Translations under genes and position numbers: made by a program | Shown here: positions 36,992-48,609 of the stretch, in pieces | How the letters are laid out: each line of letters starts with the position of its first letter | How positions within the stretch are numbered: position 1 is the first letter of the stretch | DNA from: Nannocystis bainbridge | GTDB taxonomy: Bacteria > Myxococcota_A > Polyangia > Nannocystales > Nannocystaceae | Reading direction: 5' to 3' | DNA: 64,000 nucleotides | Assembly (NCBI RefSeq): GCF_028368995.1 | Contig: NZ_JAQNDL010000003.1 | Coordinates: 2,240,001 to 2,304,000 of the forward strand | The notes under the pieces: generated by a model | Seen by the model: the letters and a program-made list of their open reading frames with translations, nothing else | The model's database searches: none | Told to the model about the DNA's origin: nothing

Positions 36992-38032
36992 TCACAGCCG
37001 CGACGCGTCGTAGCGCGGGCTCGCCAGCGACCACTCGATGTTGCCGCGCTGCCACTCGAGCAGCCCCTGCAGATACGTGTGCGCCTCGTGCCCCTCCGGG
37101 TACGCCGCCCCGGCCTCGCGCACGCTCGCCGCCAGCGCTTGCGCCTCGGCGTTGACCAGCTCCGTCGCCTCGCGGAGGGCCGACTCGAGCGAGCAGCCGC
37201 GCTCGCACATCAGCACGTGGACCAGGTTGTTGGGGTTCTTGTGGCGCAGCACCTCTTTGGGGAACGACACGATGTCGTTGAAGTAGCCGACCGTGCGGCT
37301 CGCCGCCCGGCGGGCTCGCACCATCGCCGGGCTGTCGCGCACTGTCGGCGCCAGGTGCAGCGCCCCCGCCAGCTCGATCAGGTCGAGCGCCGTCAGCACC
37401 CCGCTGTCGTGCTCGCGCTGGCTCAGGTACTCGCGCAGCGGCGGCGTGCGCGACGTGCCCCAGTTGCGCACCGCCGGCAGCACCCCGAGCGACATGTGAT
37501 CGGCGGTCACGCACCACAGCCGATCGAGCCAGGCCCCGCCGATCTGCGCCAGCGCCCCGCGGCGGAACTCGAGCAGCAGGCGGTCGAGCGGCTCGGCCTC
37601 GCCCGTCGGCTGACGCGCTCCTGACAGCAGCGCCAGCGCGTGATCGATCTGTCGCCGCACCCGGCTCTGGTCGTCGCGGCTGCGCAGCTCCTCGTCGTGC
37701 ATGTCGTCGAAGAAGAACAACCAGTTGCACCACGTCGCGCACAGCACCCCGCGCTCGACCGTGGCCGTCGGATACACGTGGCGACCCAGCGAGTTGAAGG
37801 CGTCGAAGCGGGCCCGGTTGCCCGCGTGGACCAGCCCGACCGCCTCTGCCAGCGCCAGCGCCCCGGCCTCGATCTCGTCCGCGCGCGGGTTCTGGCGCCG
37901 CGGCGCCAGGGTCACGAAATCGTCGATCGCCAGGCCGACCGGCTGCGCGCGCACGTCGGGCGCCAGCGGTTCGGGGCGAGAGATCACGAGCACATCGTTC
38001 ATCGCGTCCGATACGGGCGAGAGAGTCGTCAT
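36992..38032 (-). CDS. Class I terpene synthase
   Basis: WLFFFDDMHDE (DDxxD), YLSQR..DSG, NDIVSFPKE (NSE/DTE), NLVHVL, WSLASPRY. Confidence 0.92.
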   Translation of the reverse strand: MTTLSPVSDAMNDVLVISRPEPLAPDVRAQPVGLAIDDFVTLAPRRQNPRADEIEAGALALAEAVGLVHAGNRARFDAFNSLGRHVYPTATVERGVLCATWCNWLFFFDDMHDEELRSRDDQSRVRRQIDHALALLSGARQPTGEAEPLDRLLLEFRRGALAQIGGAWLDRLWCVTADHMSLGVLPAVRNWGTSRTPPLREYLSQREHDSGVLTALDLIELAGALHLAPTVRDSPAMVRARRAASRTVGYFNDIVSFPKEVLRHKNPNNLVHVLMCERGCSLESALREATELVNAEAQALAASVREAGAAYPEGHEAHTYLQGLLEWQRGNIEWSLASPRYDASRL

Positions 38033-38297
38033 GGGGGGGTAGGTCTTGTTGTCCGAGGGTCGCTGAGCCGGCAACTACATCCGCCGTGCTCACCGCGCCG
38101 GAGGCGGGGCGGCGCGCATCATGAGCGGCGCGGGGCGCCCGAATGGATCTCGGCGTCGTGAGGCTGAATTCGGGCGCCGCTCGCCGACTGCGCGTCGGAC
38201 GCCAAGCCGCTTCGCAACCGGCGCACGCGGCGGCGGGTCCGCGGCGCCGCCCGCTGCGGGGCGGCGTGCGTGGCAGCCGGTCGATGCATCTTCGCCG

Positions 38298-39446
38298 CTA
38301 CTTCTTCGCCGCCGCCGCCGTCGTCGTCGGCTTGCGCTGGCTCATCTGCACGATGCAGAACTTGAGCGCGTCGCGGAGCTTGGCGAACACTGCCACGCGC
38401 GCGAGGTCGACCCCGAGCGCGACGATCGTCTGGGCGATGGTCGGATGGATGCCGGTCAAGATGCCCTCGGCGCCGAGCAGACGGATCGCCTGGATCATCC
38501 CGATCAGGTGGCCGGCCGTGCCGGTGTCGACGACCTCGACCCCGGTGAGGTCGAGGATCGCGTAGCGGGCCCGCGTGGTCGCCACCGAAGTCAGCAGGTT
38601 GTCCATGATCTCCGCCGTGCGGACGCTGTCGACCAGGCCGATGATCGGCAGCGTCAGCACCCCGTCCCACACCTCGATGATCGGCGTCGAAAGCTCGCGG
38701 ATCACCTCTTGCTGGCGCTCGATCAGCTCGAGCTTGGTGCGCAGCTCGATCTCGCTGCGGCGCGCCTCGGTCACGTCGAGCGTGATGCCCACCACCGCCG
38801 CGTCGGCGGCGTTCTCTTGCATCGGGATGTACCAGGTCTGCCAGTGCATCCCGTGCACCTCGGCCGGCAGCGCCGAGATCGCCTCGCCCTTCAGGGCCCG
38901 GCGCACGCCGTCGAGGTCACCGCCCTCGCGATAGGCCTCGAAGATGTTCTGGCCGACGAACTGATGCGGCTGCATCCCCGTCGCGCGCACGCCCTTGCCG
39001 TCCTGATACAGGAACGTGCCCTGGCCATCGACCGCCCACAGCGCGATGTCGAGGTGCTCCTTGATCGCCTGCAGCATCGCCGACTCGAGCACCGCGCGGC
39101 GCTCGACGGTGACGCGGGACGTCGCGTCGTGGCCGAACAGCCTCGCCCCCCGCGGCGAGCCGTCCTCACCGCGGTCGACTTGCCACCACGCCTCGAACAG
39201 CAGCGGCTGGTCCCCCGCGCCGCGCAGCTCCCAGACGCGCGATTCCGCGCCGTTTTCGAAGAGGGACGTCCATTTGTCCGCCGCCCCGTGCAGCGGCAGC
39301 AGCTCCTCGAGCTTGCGCCCGAGCGCCGCCTCCTGCGAGGTCTTGAAGGTCTGCTCCGCCCGCCGATTCCAGCCGGACACGCGAAGTGCCGGGTCGACGT
39401 CGATGACGACGAGGGGCGCGTCCTGCAGCAAGGTCCGTTCGTCCAC
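38298..39446 (-). CDS. PAS-PAS-STAS protein (RsbR-like)
   Basis: WNRRAEQTF PAS; IRELSTPIIEVWDGVLTLPIIGLVDS.R, ILDLTGVEVVDT, RLLGAEGILTGI.P. Confidence 0.9.
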   Translation of the reverse strand: MDERTLLQDAPLVVIDVDPALRVSGWNRRAEQTFKTSQEAALGRKLEELLPLHGAADKWTSLFENGAESRVWELRGAGDQPLLFEAWWQVDRGEDGSPRGARLFGHDATSRVTVERRAVLESAMLQAIKEHLDIALWAVDGQGTFLYQDGKGVRATGMQPHQFVGQNIFEAYREGGDLDGVRRALKGEAISALPAEVHGMHWQTWYIPMQENAADAAVVGITLDVTEARRSEIELRTKLELIERQQEVIRELSTPIIEVWDGVLTLPIIGLVDSVRTAEIMDNLLTSVATTRARYAILDLTGVEVVDTGTAGHLIGMIQAIRLLGAEGILTGIHPTIAQTIVALGVDLARVAVFAKLRDALKFCIVQMSQRKPTTTAAAAKK

Positions 39447-39545
39447 GCATCCTTTGTACCGTGTCCGCGGACAGCTGTCCGCATCTTCTCGTGCGGACCG
39501 CACGCGCGATCTTGAACCTGCCCCGGAGCCGCGCGCTATCGCCGA

Positions 39546-40655
39546 TCAGGCTCTGTGAGCGGCGCGGAGGCAGTGTTTGAGGGCGTCGCGCAGCTTGGCG
39601 TGCACCGTGACGTGCGACAGGTCGACGCCGAGCGCGACGATTGTTTGAGCGATCGACGGGTGGATGCCGGTGAGGATCCCTTCCGCCCCGAGCAGCCGGA
39701 GCGCCTGGATCATCTTGATAAGGTGACTTGCAGTGCCGGTATCGACGACCTCGACGCCGGTGAGGTCGAGGATCGCGAAGCGGGCTCGCGTCTGCGTCAC
39801 GGCTTGCAGCAGGCTGTCCATGATCTCGGCCGTGCGCGCCGTGTCGACGAGGCCGACGATCGGCATCGTCAGCACCCCGTCCCACACCTCGATGATCGGC
39901 GTGGCGAGCTCGCGGATCACCTGTTGTTGGCGCTCGATCAGCTCGATCTTGCGGCGCATCTCGAGCTCGACCCGCTTGGCCTCCGTGACGTTGAGCGTCA
40001 CCCCGATCAGCCGCGGCTCGCCTGGCTGCCCGGTCACCGGGATGTAATACGTGTCGAGGAACATCCCGTGGCTCTCCGCACCGTACGTGCGCGCCGGCTC
40101 GCCGGCCAGCGCCCGCTCGATCAACGGGTTGTTGCCGAGGTCCTTGTACATCTCGAGCATGTTGAGGCCGACGAACTGGTGCGGCGCGATCCCGGCGTCG
40201 CGGATCGCCTTGCCGTCCTGGTAGACGAACACCCCGTGCTCGTCGACCGCCCACACCGCGATGTCGAGGTTGTCCTTGATCGCCCTCAGCATCGTCGTCT
40301 CGAGCGCCGCGGTCCGCTCGGCCGTCACGCGGGCGCCGACGTCGTGGCCGTAGATGCGCACCCCGGGCGGGCGGCCCTCGCCGTCGCCGAGCGTCTGCGT
40401 CCACGCCTCGATGGACCAGCTCGCGTCGCCGCGGCGGACCGTCAGCACCCGCGGCGCCGCGTCGCTGTCCGCCAGCGACTCGCCCCAGCTCGCGCCGACC
40501 AGCGGCAGCAGCTCGGCCAGGCCGCGGCCGACGGCCTCCGATGGACCTGTCCCGAAGACCAGATGAGCGCGGCGGTTCCAGGCGGTGACGACGAGCCCGG
40601 CGTCCGCCTCGATCACGATCAGGGGGGCGCCCTCCAAACTGCTGGTATCGCTCAC
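39546..40655 (-). CDS. PAS-PAS-STAS protein (RsbR-like), tandem paralog
   Basis: Same architecture; IRELATPIIEVWDGVLTMPIVGLVDTAR. Confidence 0.9.
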   Translation of the reverse strand: MSDTSSLEGAPLIVIEADAGLVVTAWNRRAHLVFGTGPSEAVGRGLAELLPLVGASWGESLADSDAAPRVLTVRRGDASWSIEAWTQTLGDGEGRPPGVRIYGHDVGARVTAERTAALETTMLRAIKDNLDIAVWAVDEHGVFVYQDGKAIRDAGIAPHQFVGLNMLEMYKDLGNNPLIERALAGEPARTYGAESHGMFLDTYYIPVTGQPGEPRLIGVTLNVTEAKRVELEMRRKIELIERQQQVIRELATPIIEVWDGVLTMPIVGLVDTARTAEIMDSLLQAVTQTRARFAILDLTGVEVVDTGTASHLIKMIQALRLLGAEGILTGIHPSIAQTIVALGVDLSHVTVHAKLRDALKHCLRAAHRA

Positions 40656-40802
40656 GGCACCCTGTGTATCGCAAGGCGAGGTCCGCTGTCCGCAGCGACG
40701 TGAATGGCGACCGCGCGCCGGCTCACGGCTCGCCCGTGAGCTGTCTCTTCGACCATGTCATCGGAACTCCCAGACCGGGCCGGAGATCCACTAAGCTGCG
40801 TC

Positions 40803-41696
40803 ATGCCTCGCCTTCGACCGCAGATCGGGCTCGCGATCGCGCTTGTGTGCCTGCCGCAGCCGGCTCACGCCGACAGCTTCCGGCCGCCCGAGGACAAGCT
40901 TCCGGTCGAGGTCACCATCGCCGTCGAAAACCTCGACGCGCACCCGGAGTACATCTTCGTGCTGTGGCCCGACGCCTGTCTGCGCAACGACGGCAACATG
41001 GGCACCTACACCGTGCTCAATTGGCAGGAGGACGACGGCCGGCCCGACCTCTTCGAGGAGGGCTGCTCCCGCCAGCGACTGTTCGCCTACCCGCGCGACA
41101 CCTACTCCGAGGACGAGGGCGTCCTGTCCGAGAACGCCCGCCAGCAGCTCGGCGACGACCCGCCGAGCGACCCGCGGGTGCTCGTGCAGACGATCACCGC
41201 CGAGGAGATATGGTGGGTGCCCGACGAGGTCGATGTCTCTGGCATCGAGGACGTGTACCGCGTCGGCATCGACAGCACCGGCCTCTCGCTGACCCCGACC
41301 CGCGTCCGCTTCAGGTTCTCCGGCGGAGCTATCTTCGAGCGCCTCTTTTACAAGGGCCGACGCCCACGGCTGCCGCGTGTCTCCGACACCCCGCCCAAGC
41401 CGCCGCCGGCGCCCGCCGCTCCCGCCGCCGAGCCCGCCCCCGCAGCCGCCGACACGCCGGCCCCCGACGCGAGCGCTACCCCCGACACGAAGGCCGAACC
41501 ACCGACCCCCGACGCGAAGGCCGAACCACCGGCCCCCGTGATCACGCCTGCGCCTCCCGCCTCGGAGCCGGAGCCGGCTACCTCCGAGGAGATCTCGCAA
41601 CGACCCTGGCTGCCTCCGCCGCTGATGTACGGCGGCGCCTGCCTGCTGGTCGCGATCGCGGCCGGGCTCGCGCTGCGGCGCCGCCCCGGCGCGTGA
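40803..41696 (+). CDS. Exported protein with Pro/Ala linker and C-terminal TM anchor
   Basis: Signal ending AHA-D; C-terminal hydrophobic helix plus LRRRP. Confidence 0.75.
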   Translation: MPRLRPQIGLAIALVCLPQPAHADSFRPPEDKLPVEVTIAVENLDAHPEYIFVLWPDACLRNDGNMGTYTVLNWQEDDGRPDLFEEGCSRQRLFAYPRDTYSEDEGVLSENARQQLGDDPPSDPRVLVQTITAEEIWWVPDEVDVSGIEDVYRVGIDSTGLSLTPTRVRFRFSGGAIFERLFYKGRRPRLPRVSDTPPKPPPAPAAPAAEPAPAAADTPAPDASATPDTKAEPPTPDAKAEPPAPVITPAPPASEPEPATSEEISQRPWLPPPLMYGGACLLVAIAAGLALRRRPGA

Positions 41697-41721
41697 CCTT
41701 CGAGACATGTCCTTCGGGACA
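41694..41721. repeat. Two phased TGTC-N6-GACA units filling a convergent intergenic gap
   Basis: TGACCTTCGAGACA|TGTCCTTCGGGACA; starts on the stop codon. Confidence 0.8.
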
Positions 41722-41729
41722 GCTTATTT

Positions 41730-42926
41730 TCACGTCACCCGCTCGACGCGGAACCGGCACACCGGATCGCCGCAGGCGATGCACGCCTCCTCGACCGCGT
41801 GGAACGCCCCGAACCGCTCGCTCAGCGGGCCCTCGCCGTAGACCAGCGCGAAGATCCCCGCCGCCGCACCCTTGTGCCCGTTGCACTGCGGCGCGGCGGT
41901 CCGGCCGACGTACTCGAGGGCGCCGAGCGCCTCGTAGCCGTTGACCGACTCGACGACCATCCACTGCCCCGGACAGAGCCCGGCGACGTGCCACTGGCCG
42001 TAGCCGAGCGCGTTGCAGAACGTCATGGTCGCGAACAGCACGTCGTCGGGCCCGCGCAGCATCGGCGCCACCAGCCCGTCCCACTCCGGCGAGTGGAGCA
42101 CCCCGTGATACGTGTTGAGCGCGCAGTACTCGGCCTCGGCCGCCAGCAGCCGCTCCGCCGGCGCCCCGCGGCCGACCCGTCGCATCTCCGCCAGGAAGCC
42201 GAGGCACACGCGATTGTAGAAGTCCGCGGGCATGCACGCGAGGTACACCCCGAACGCCGGCACCAGCCCGTCCTCGCCGCCCGCCACCGGCATCGCCGCC
42301 ACCGCCTCGACGATCGCCCGCTCGTCGACCGCCGGCGAGTGCAACCATTCGCCGCCGCGCGCCTGGAACACCAGCGGCCGCTTCACGTTGCGCGCGAGCG
42401 GCTCGGTCCGCCCGCCCGCGACCGCGAACCGACACGCCGGCGCGCCGAGGGCCATGCACTCGACCTCGCGCACCTCGACCAGCTCGCCCGCGACCGCGTG
42501 CACGGCCCCCTGCACGTAGCCCTCGGTGAAGCTGCAGACCCGCCGCTCGGGCCGCCCGAGCCCGGCGAACCAACCCTCGACGAAGTGCGACGCCGGGGCC
42601 AGGACCACGCCCTCGTGCACGCGCGACAGATCGATGCGCCCGAACCCGAGGTGCGCGTACAGCCGCTCGGCCACCGCCCAGCGGTTCGCCAGGCTGTCCC
42701 CCTCGCGCAGCGCCAGCCCGACGTGCTCGGCGAACACCGTCTCGGCGGCGCCGACGATCAGCCGCTTGCCCTCGACGAGGTCGGCCGACTCCACCGTCCG
42801 CTGCAGCCGTGCATTGTAATGGTGGCAATGCAGCAGCACCTCCTTGCCGGCGATCGTTCGCCGACCGCTCGCCGCGTCGTAGCGCAGGGCCAACCGCTCC
42901 GCGAGCGGAGAGATCTCCGAGACCAT
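41730..42926 (-). CDS. Stand-alone tandem V4R-domain protein
   Basis: Two halves each with LG[FY]G, a C...G..G segment and E.(E/A)C.A.G.P.CRF; N-terminal HCHHY. Confidence 0.82.
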   Translation of the reverse strand: MVSEISPLAERLALRYDAASGRRTIAGKEVLLHCHHYNARLQRTVESADLVEGKRLIVGAAETVFAEHVGLALREGDSLANRWAVAERLYAHLGFGRIDLSRVHEGVVLAPASHFVEGWFAGLGRPERRVCSFTEGYVQGAVHAVAGELVEVREVECMALGAPACRFAVAGGRTEPLARNVKRPLVFQARGGEWLHSPAVDERAIVEAVAAMPVAGGEDGLVPAFGVYLACMPADFYNRVCLGFLAEMRRVGRGAPAERLLAAEAEYCALNTYHGVLHSPEWDGLVAPMLRGPDDVLFATMTFCNALGYGQWHVAGLCPGQWMVVESVNGYEALGALEYVGRTAAPQCNGHKGAAAGIFALVYGEGPLSERFGAFHAVEEACIACGDPVCRFRVERVT

Positions 42927-43007
42927 GGCGCCTCCTGTCTCGCACTATGCCACGGTTGCCCGGGCGTTGCCCTGTCGGCCTGGCCCGCTCGCTCGTACCA
43001 TGAGGGC

Positions 43008-43739
43008 ATGGCTCGTCTGCTCGTCCTCGTCCACGGCGTCGTCGCCTACATCGTCTTCCTCGCCGTCTTCACGTACTTCGTCGGCTTCGTCGCCGACATC
43101 GGCGTGCCGCGGGCGATCGACGACGGCCCGGTGGTCCCGTGGCCGCGCGCGCTGGCGATCGACCTGGCGCTCATCGCCGGCTTCGCGGTGCAACACAGCG
43201 TGATGGCGCGACCGTGGTTCAAGCGCATGTGGACGGTGTTCGTCCCCGAGCCGGCCGAGCGCTCGACCTACGTGCTGCTGGCCGCGCTGCAGCTGGCGCT
43301 GACGATGGGGGCCTGGCACCCGCTGCCGGCCACGCTGTGGCAGCTCGGCGACGGCCGCCTCGCCGGCCTCGTCCACCTGGTCGCCGCGCTCGGCTGGGGG
43401 CTCGTCCTGGTGTCCACCTTCGCCATCGATCACTTCCACCTGTTCGGCCTGCGCCAGGCCGTCTGCCACTGGCTCGGTCGCCCGGCGCGCGAGCCGGAGT
43501 TCCGCGTGCGCGGCCCCTATCGCCTGGTGCGTCACCCGCTCATGCTCGGCTTCTTGCTCGCGTTCTGGGCCGCGCCGACGATGAGCGTCGGTCACCTCGT
43601 GTTCGCGCTGGCGATGACGCTCTACATCTTCGTCGCGCTCGAGCTCGAGGAGCGCGACCTCCGCGCGCAACACGGGGCGCACTACGCCGGCTACTCGACC
43701 AAGATCCCGCGCCTGAACCCCTTCGCGCGCCGCCGCTGA
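43008..43739 (+). CDS. mddA: Methanethiol S-methyltransferase / nurim-like membrane methyltransferase
   Basis: FAVQHSVMARPWFKRMW...PAERSTYVL, IDHFHLFGLRQ, YRLVRHPLMLGF, WAAPTMSVGHL, EERDL. Confidence 0.78.
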   Translation: MARLLVLVHGVVAYIVFLAVFTYFVGFVADIGVPRAIDDGPVVPWPRALAIDLALIAGFAVQHSVMARPWFKRMWTVFVPEPAERSTYVLLAALQLALTMGAWHPLPATLWQLGDGRLAGLVHLVAALGWGLVLVSTFAIDHFHLFGLRQAVCHWLGRPAREPEFRVRGPYRLVRHPLMLGFLLAFWAAPTMSVGHLVFALAMTLYIFVALELEERDLRAQHGAHYAGYSTKIPRLNPFARRR

Positions 43740-43781
43740 ACCCCTTCGCGCGCCGCCGCTGAACCCGTTCGCGCGCCGCCG
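43713..43781 (+). repeat. 23-bp tandem repeat x3 spanning the mddA-like stop codon
   Basis: CTGAACCCCTTCGCGCGCCGCCG at 43713 and 43736, one-mismatch copy at 43759. Confidence 0.92.
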
Positions 43782-43838
43782 CTGAGCCACTTGCGCCGCG
43801 CGCACGCGTGGCCCCAAACTCGCGGCCTGGAGCCTCGC

Positions 43839-45479
<1,641 letters not shown>

Positions 45480-45726
45480 TCCGCTCGCATCCCGCAGCTA
45501 TCATCGTCGAGTGCGCCGGCGTATCGCCGACGGCACTCTCGCCTGCTCGCGGGACGACCTGCGCGGCTTCGTCGTTGCACCGACGCGGACCCCCACTCTG
45601 ATGAATCCGCGCATCCTCGTCGACCGGGCGTCGCGCGGGCCGAGGTCGTGCCGTGAGCGGGGGCATCAGCCCAATGCCCCGTCGGCGGCGCGCCCGGGCC
45701 CGCGCGACGCACGGTCGCGCTGGTGC

Positions 45727-46161
45727 TCACGCGCGGGCGCGGGCCAGCCGCGGGGCCGCCTGCTCGCTGGCGACCGGGCGCGCGTTCGGGTTCAGCACCC
45801 CGGCGAAGCTGTCGCGGTAGGCCCACGCCAGGTACGCCTCGAGCCCGACGATGAACGCCAGCAGCCCGTAACCACCTGGCGCGAGGGCCAGGTGGAACGC
45901 GACGATGTGCACGATCACCGGCGCCAGCAGCACCAGCGCGAACGGCACGAGCCGGCCCGACAGCAGCAGCGCGCCGCCGACCACCTCCGTGCCCTTGATC
46001 AGCGGGAACATGTAGCCGCTGGCGGCCAGCGCCCCGAGGAACTCGCCCGCGCGGGCCGGGACCGGCGGCGTCGGCATGAAGTTGAGGAAGCCGTTGAGGC
46101 CGAACACGAGGAACAGGAGGCCCAGGAGGGTGCGCGCGACGGTCGGGAGCAGGCGGGACAT
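45727..46161 (-). CDS. DoxX-family membrane protein
   Basis: ARTLLGLLFLVFGLNGF, EVVGGALLL, four TM segments. Confidence 0.85.
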   Translation of the reverse strand: MSRLLPTVARTLLGLLFLVFGLNGFLNFMPTPPVPARAGEFLGALAASGYMFPLIKGTEVVGGALLLSGRLVPFALVLLAPVIVHIVAFHLALAPGGYGLLAFIVGLEAYLAWAYRDSFAGVLNPNARPVASEQAAPRLARARA

Positions 46162-46227
46162 GCAGCCGAGCTTAGGCCTTGCGCCGGCCGCTACCAGATG
46201 GGATAGTCACAACTCATCGTTGCTCCC

Positions 46228-47151
46228 ATGACAACAATCGATCCGGTCAAGGTTGCCGCGTTCGTGCGCGTGGTCGAGGCGGAGAGCTTCACCGCCGCCG
46301 CGCAGCTGCTGGGCCTGCCCAAGTCGTCGGTCAGCCGCAGCGTCTCCCGCCTCGAGGAGGACCTCGGCGTGCGGCTGCTGCAGCGTACCACGCGGCGCCT
46401 GCACCTCACCGACGCCGGCAGCGCCTTCTATCAAAAGGCCCGCGGCGCCCTGTCGGCGCTCGAGGAGGCCGCGCTGACCGCCGCCGACCTCGGGCACGAG
46501 CCGCGCGGCACCGTGCGCATCACCGCCCCGGTCGACCTCGGCGAGTTCCTCGCCGAGCCGCTGACCCGGTTCGTGCGCGAGCACCCGCAGATCCAGGTCG
46601 ACCTGGTGCTGACGGCGCGGATCGTCGACATGGTCCGCGAGGGCTTCGACCTGGCCCTTCGGGCATCTCGCCTCAAGGACTCGAGCCTGATCGCGCGCAA
46701 GCTCGGCAGCTTCGCCGACGGCCTTTACGCCGCGCCGGGCTACCTCAAGCGCAGCGGCACGCCGACCAGCCTGGCCGAGCTGGCCCACCACGAGTGCGTG
46801 CTGTTCCGCGCCCGCGGCGGCCGCAGCACCTGGACGCTGCGCGGGCCCAAGGGCGAAGAGCACGTCGAGGTCACCGGCTCGATCAACGTCGACGACCTCT
46901 CCTTCGTCGTCCACGCCGCCGAGGCCGGGGCCGGCGTCGCCTACCTGCCGCACGTGATCGCGGCCCGCTCGGTCGCCGCCAAGCGCCTCGTGCGGGTCCT
47001 GCCCGAGCACTGCTGGACCCACGCCGACCTGTCGCTGGTCCTGCCCTCGGGCCGCCATGTCCCCACGCGCGTGGCCCTGCTGCGCGATTTCCTGGCCGAG
47101 TCGCTCAAGGCGACGCTCGGCGCCCACCGCCACACCAAGCCGTCGGCGTGA
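46228..47151 (+). CDS. LysR-family regulator (CrgA/DmlR-like), divergent from doxX
   Basis: FVRVVEAESFTAAA..LG.PKSSVSR.V..LE..LGVRLLQRTTR, GTVRITAP, EGFDLALR. Confidence 0.95.
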   Translation: MTTIDPVKVAAFVRVVEAESFTAAAQLLGLPKSSVSRSVSRLEEDLGVRLLQRTTRRLHLTDAGSAFYQKARGALSALEEAALTAADLGHEPRGTVRITAPVDLGEFLAEPLTRFVREHPQIQVDLVLTARIVDMVREGFDLALRASRLKDSSLIARKLGSFADGLYAAPGYLKRSGTPTSLAELAHHECVLFRARGGRSTWTLRGPKGEEHVEVTGSINVDDLSFVVHAAEAGAGVAYLPHVIAARSVAAKRLVRVLPEHCWTHADLSLVLPSGRHVPTRVALLRDFLAESLKATLGAHRHTKPSA

Positions 47152-47165
47152 CGCGGAGCAAGACC

Positions 47166-48551
47166 ATGCGATGGGTGAGGCTCGGCCTGGCGACGCTCGC
47201 CACCGGTTGTTTTTATCACCCGACGGGCACCCCGGCCGCGGAGACGACTTCGACCACGACGTCGCCGACCACGGCCGTCGAGCCCGGCTCGTGCGGTGAT
47301 TTCGTCAAGGACGACGGCGAGGCGTGCGACGGCGGGCCGGCCGGCGACGGCGTGTGCACGCCGTCCTGCACGTACGACGTGTGCGGCGACGGTTACGTCG
47401 GCAAGGGCGAGGGCTGCGACGGCGGCGAGAATTGCGTCGACTGCGAGCTTGTCACCTGCGGCGACGGCATCATCGACCCGGGCGAGGCGTGCGACGACGG
47501 CGACGCCGACGACACCGACGATTGCCTCGCCACCTGCAAGAGCGCCGGCTGCGGCGACGGCTTCGTGCACGCCGGCGCCGAGCAGTGCGACGACGGCAAC
47601 GACCTCGACACCGACGCCTGCGTCACCGGTTGCAAGCAGGCGACCTGCGGCGACGGCTTCGTGCTCGAGGGCAGCGAGTTCTGCGACGACGGCAACGACC
47701 TCGACGACGACGACTGCCCCAACAGCTGCGCTGCGCCCGGGTGCGGCGACGGCGTCGTCTCGCCGGGCGAGGCGTGCGACGACGGCAACACCGACGAGAC
47801 CGACGCCTGCCTCAACACCTGCGGGCCCAACGTGTGCGGCGACGGCAAGCTGCACATGGGCGTCGAGGCGTGCGACGACGGCAACCTCGACCCGTTCGAC
47901 GCCTGCCGCGAGGACTGCACCTTCAACATCTGCGGCGACGGCTACCTCGACCCCGAGAGCGAGCTCTGCGACCACGGCCCGCGCAACGGCGACGACCCCG
48001 CCAAGGCCACGTGCCGCACCAATTGCACGCGCAGCGGCTTCCTCGTGTTCGTCAGCTCGCAGCTGCTCGCCCCGGGGGCCGACTTCGAAGCGATCTCCGG
48101 CGGCGACGAGCGCTGCGGCGAGCTGGCGGCCGCGGGCGAGCTCGACATCCGCGGCGGCCGGTGGAAGGCGTGGCTCGGCGACGGCAGCGTCGGCCCCGTC
48201 GAAAACTTTCACAAGAGCGCGATCCCCTATTACACCCTGCACGGCGGCGCGACCGCCAAGGTCGCCGACAACTGGAGCGACCTGGCCGACGGCACCCTCG
48301 ACAACCCGATCGACGTCACCGACCTCGATCAGCAGTTCGCCGCGGGCGTCGCCTGCGACCAATTGCGCGCGGTCTGGACCGGCGTCCGCAGCAACAACAC
48401 CTACGGGGGCAACTGCGCGAAGTGGAGCTGGAACGGCCCGGCCGTCCAGGCCCTCACCGGCGACCTGACCCGCAAGGACGCCGCCTGGACCGAAGCCTGC
48501 TCGCTCGGCTGCACCGAGACGGCGCGCCTCTATTGCTTCGAGCAGCCGTGA
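47166..48551 (+). CDS. Lipoprotein with Myxococcus Cys-rich repeats and DUF1554-like C-terminal domain
   Basis: Lipobox ATGC; repeated CGDG...E.CDDGN; VFVSS..., WKAWL, RLYCFEQ. Confidence 0.88.
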   Translation: MRWVRLGLATLATGCFYHPTGTPAAETTSTTTSPTTAVEPGSCGDFVKDDGEACDGGPAGDGVCTPSCTYDVCGDGYVGKGEGCDGGENCVDCELVTCGDGIIDPGEACDDGDADDTDDCLATCKSAGCGDGFVHAGAEQCDDGNDLDTDACVTGCKQATCGDGFVLEGSEFCDDGNDLDDDDCPNSCAAPGCGDGVVSPGEACDDGNTDETDACLNTCGPNVCGDGKLHMGVEACDDGNLDPFDACREDCTFNICGDGYLDPESELCDHGPRNGDDPAKATCRTNCTRSGFLVFVSSQLLAPGADFEAISGGDERCGELAAAGELDIRGGRWKAWLGDGSVGPVENFHKSAIPYYTLHGGATAKVADNWSDLADGTLDNPIDVTDLDQQFAAGVACDQLRAVWTGVRSNNTYGGNCAKWSWNGPAVQALTGDLTRKDAAWTEACSLGCTETARLYCFEQP

Positions 48552-48609
48552 GGCGGCGCCGTCGATCGGCGCGATGCACCTCGCGCGCGCGAGAGCCTGG
48601 GACGGACGG

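Noticed and set aside
26922-38032. P450 as a tailoring enzyme for the terpene synthase
   Set aside because: About 9 kb apart with unrelated genes between; no operon link
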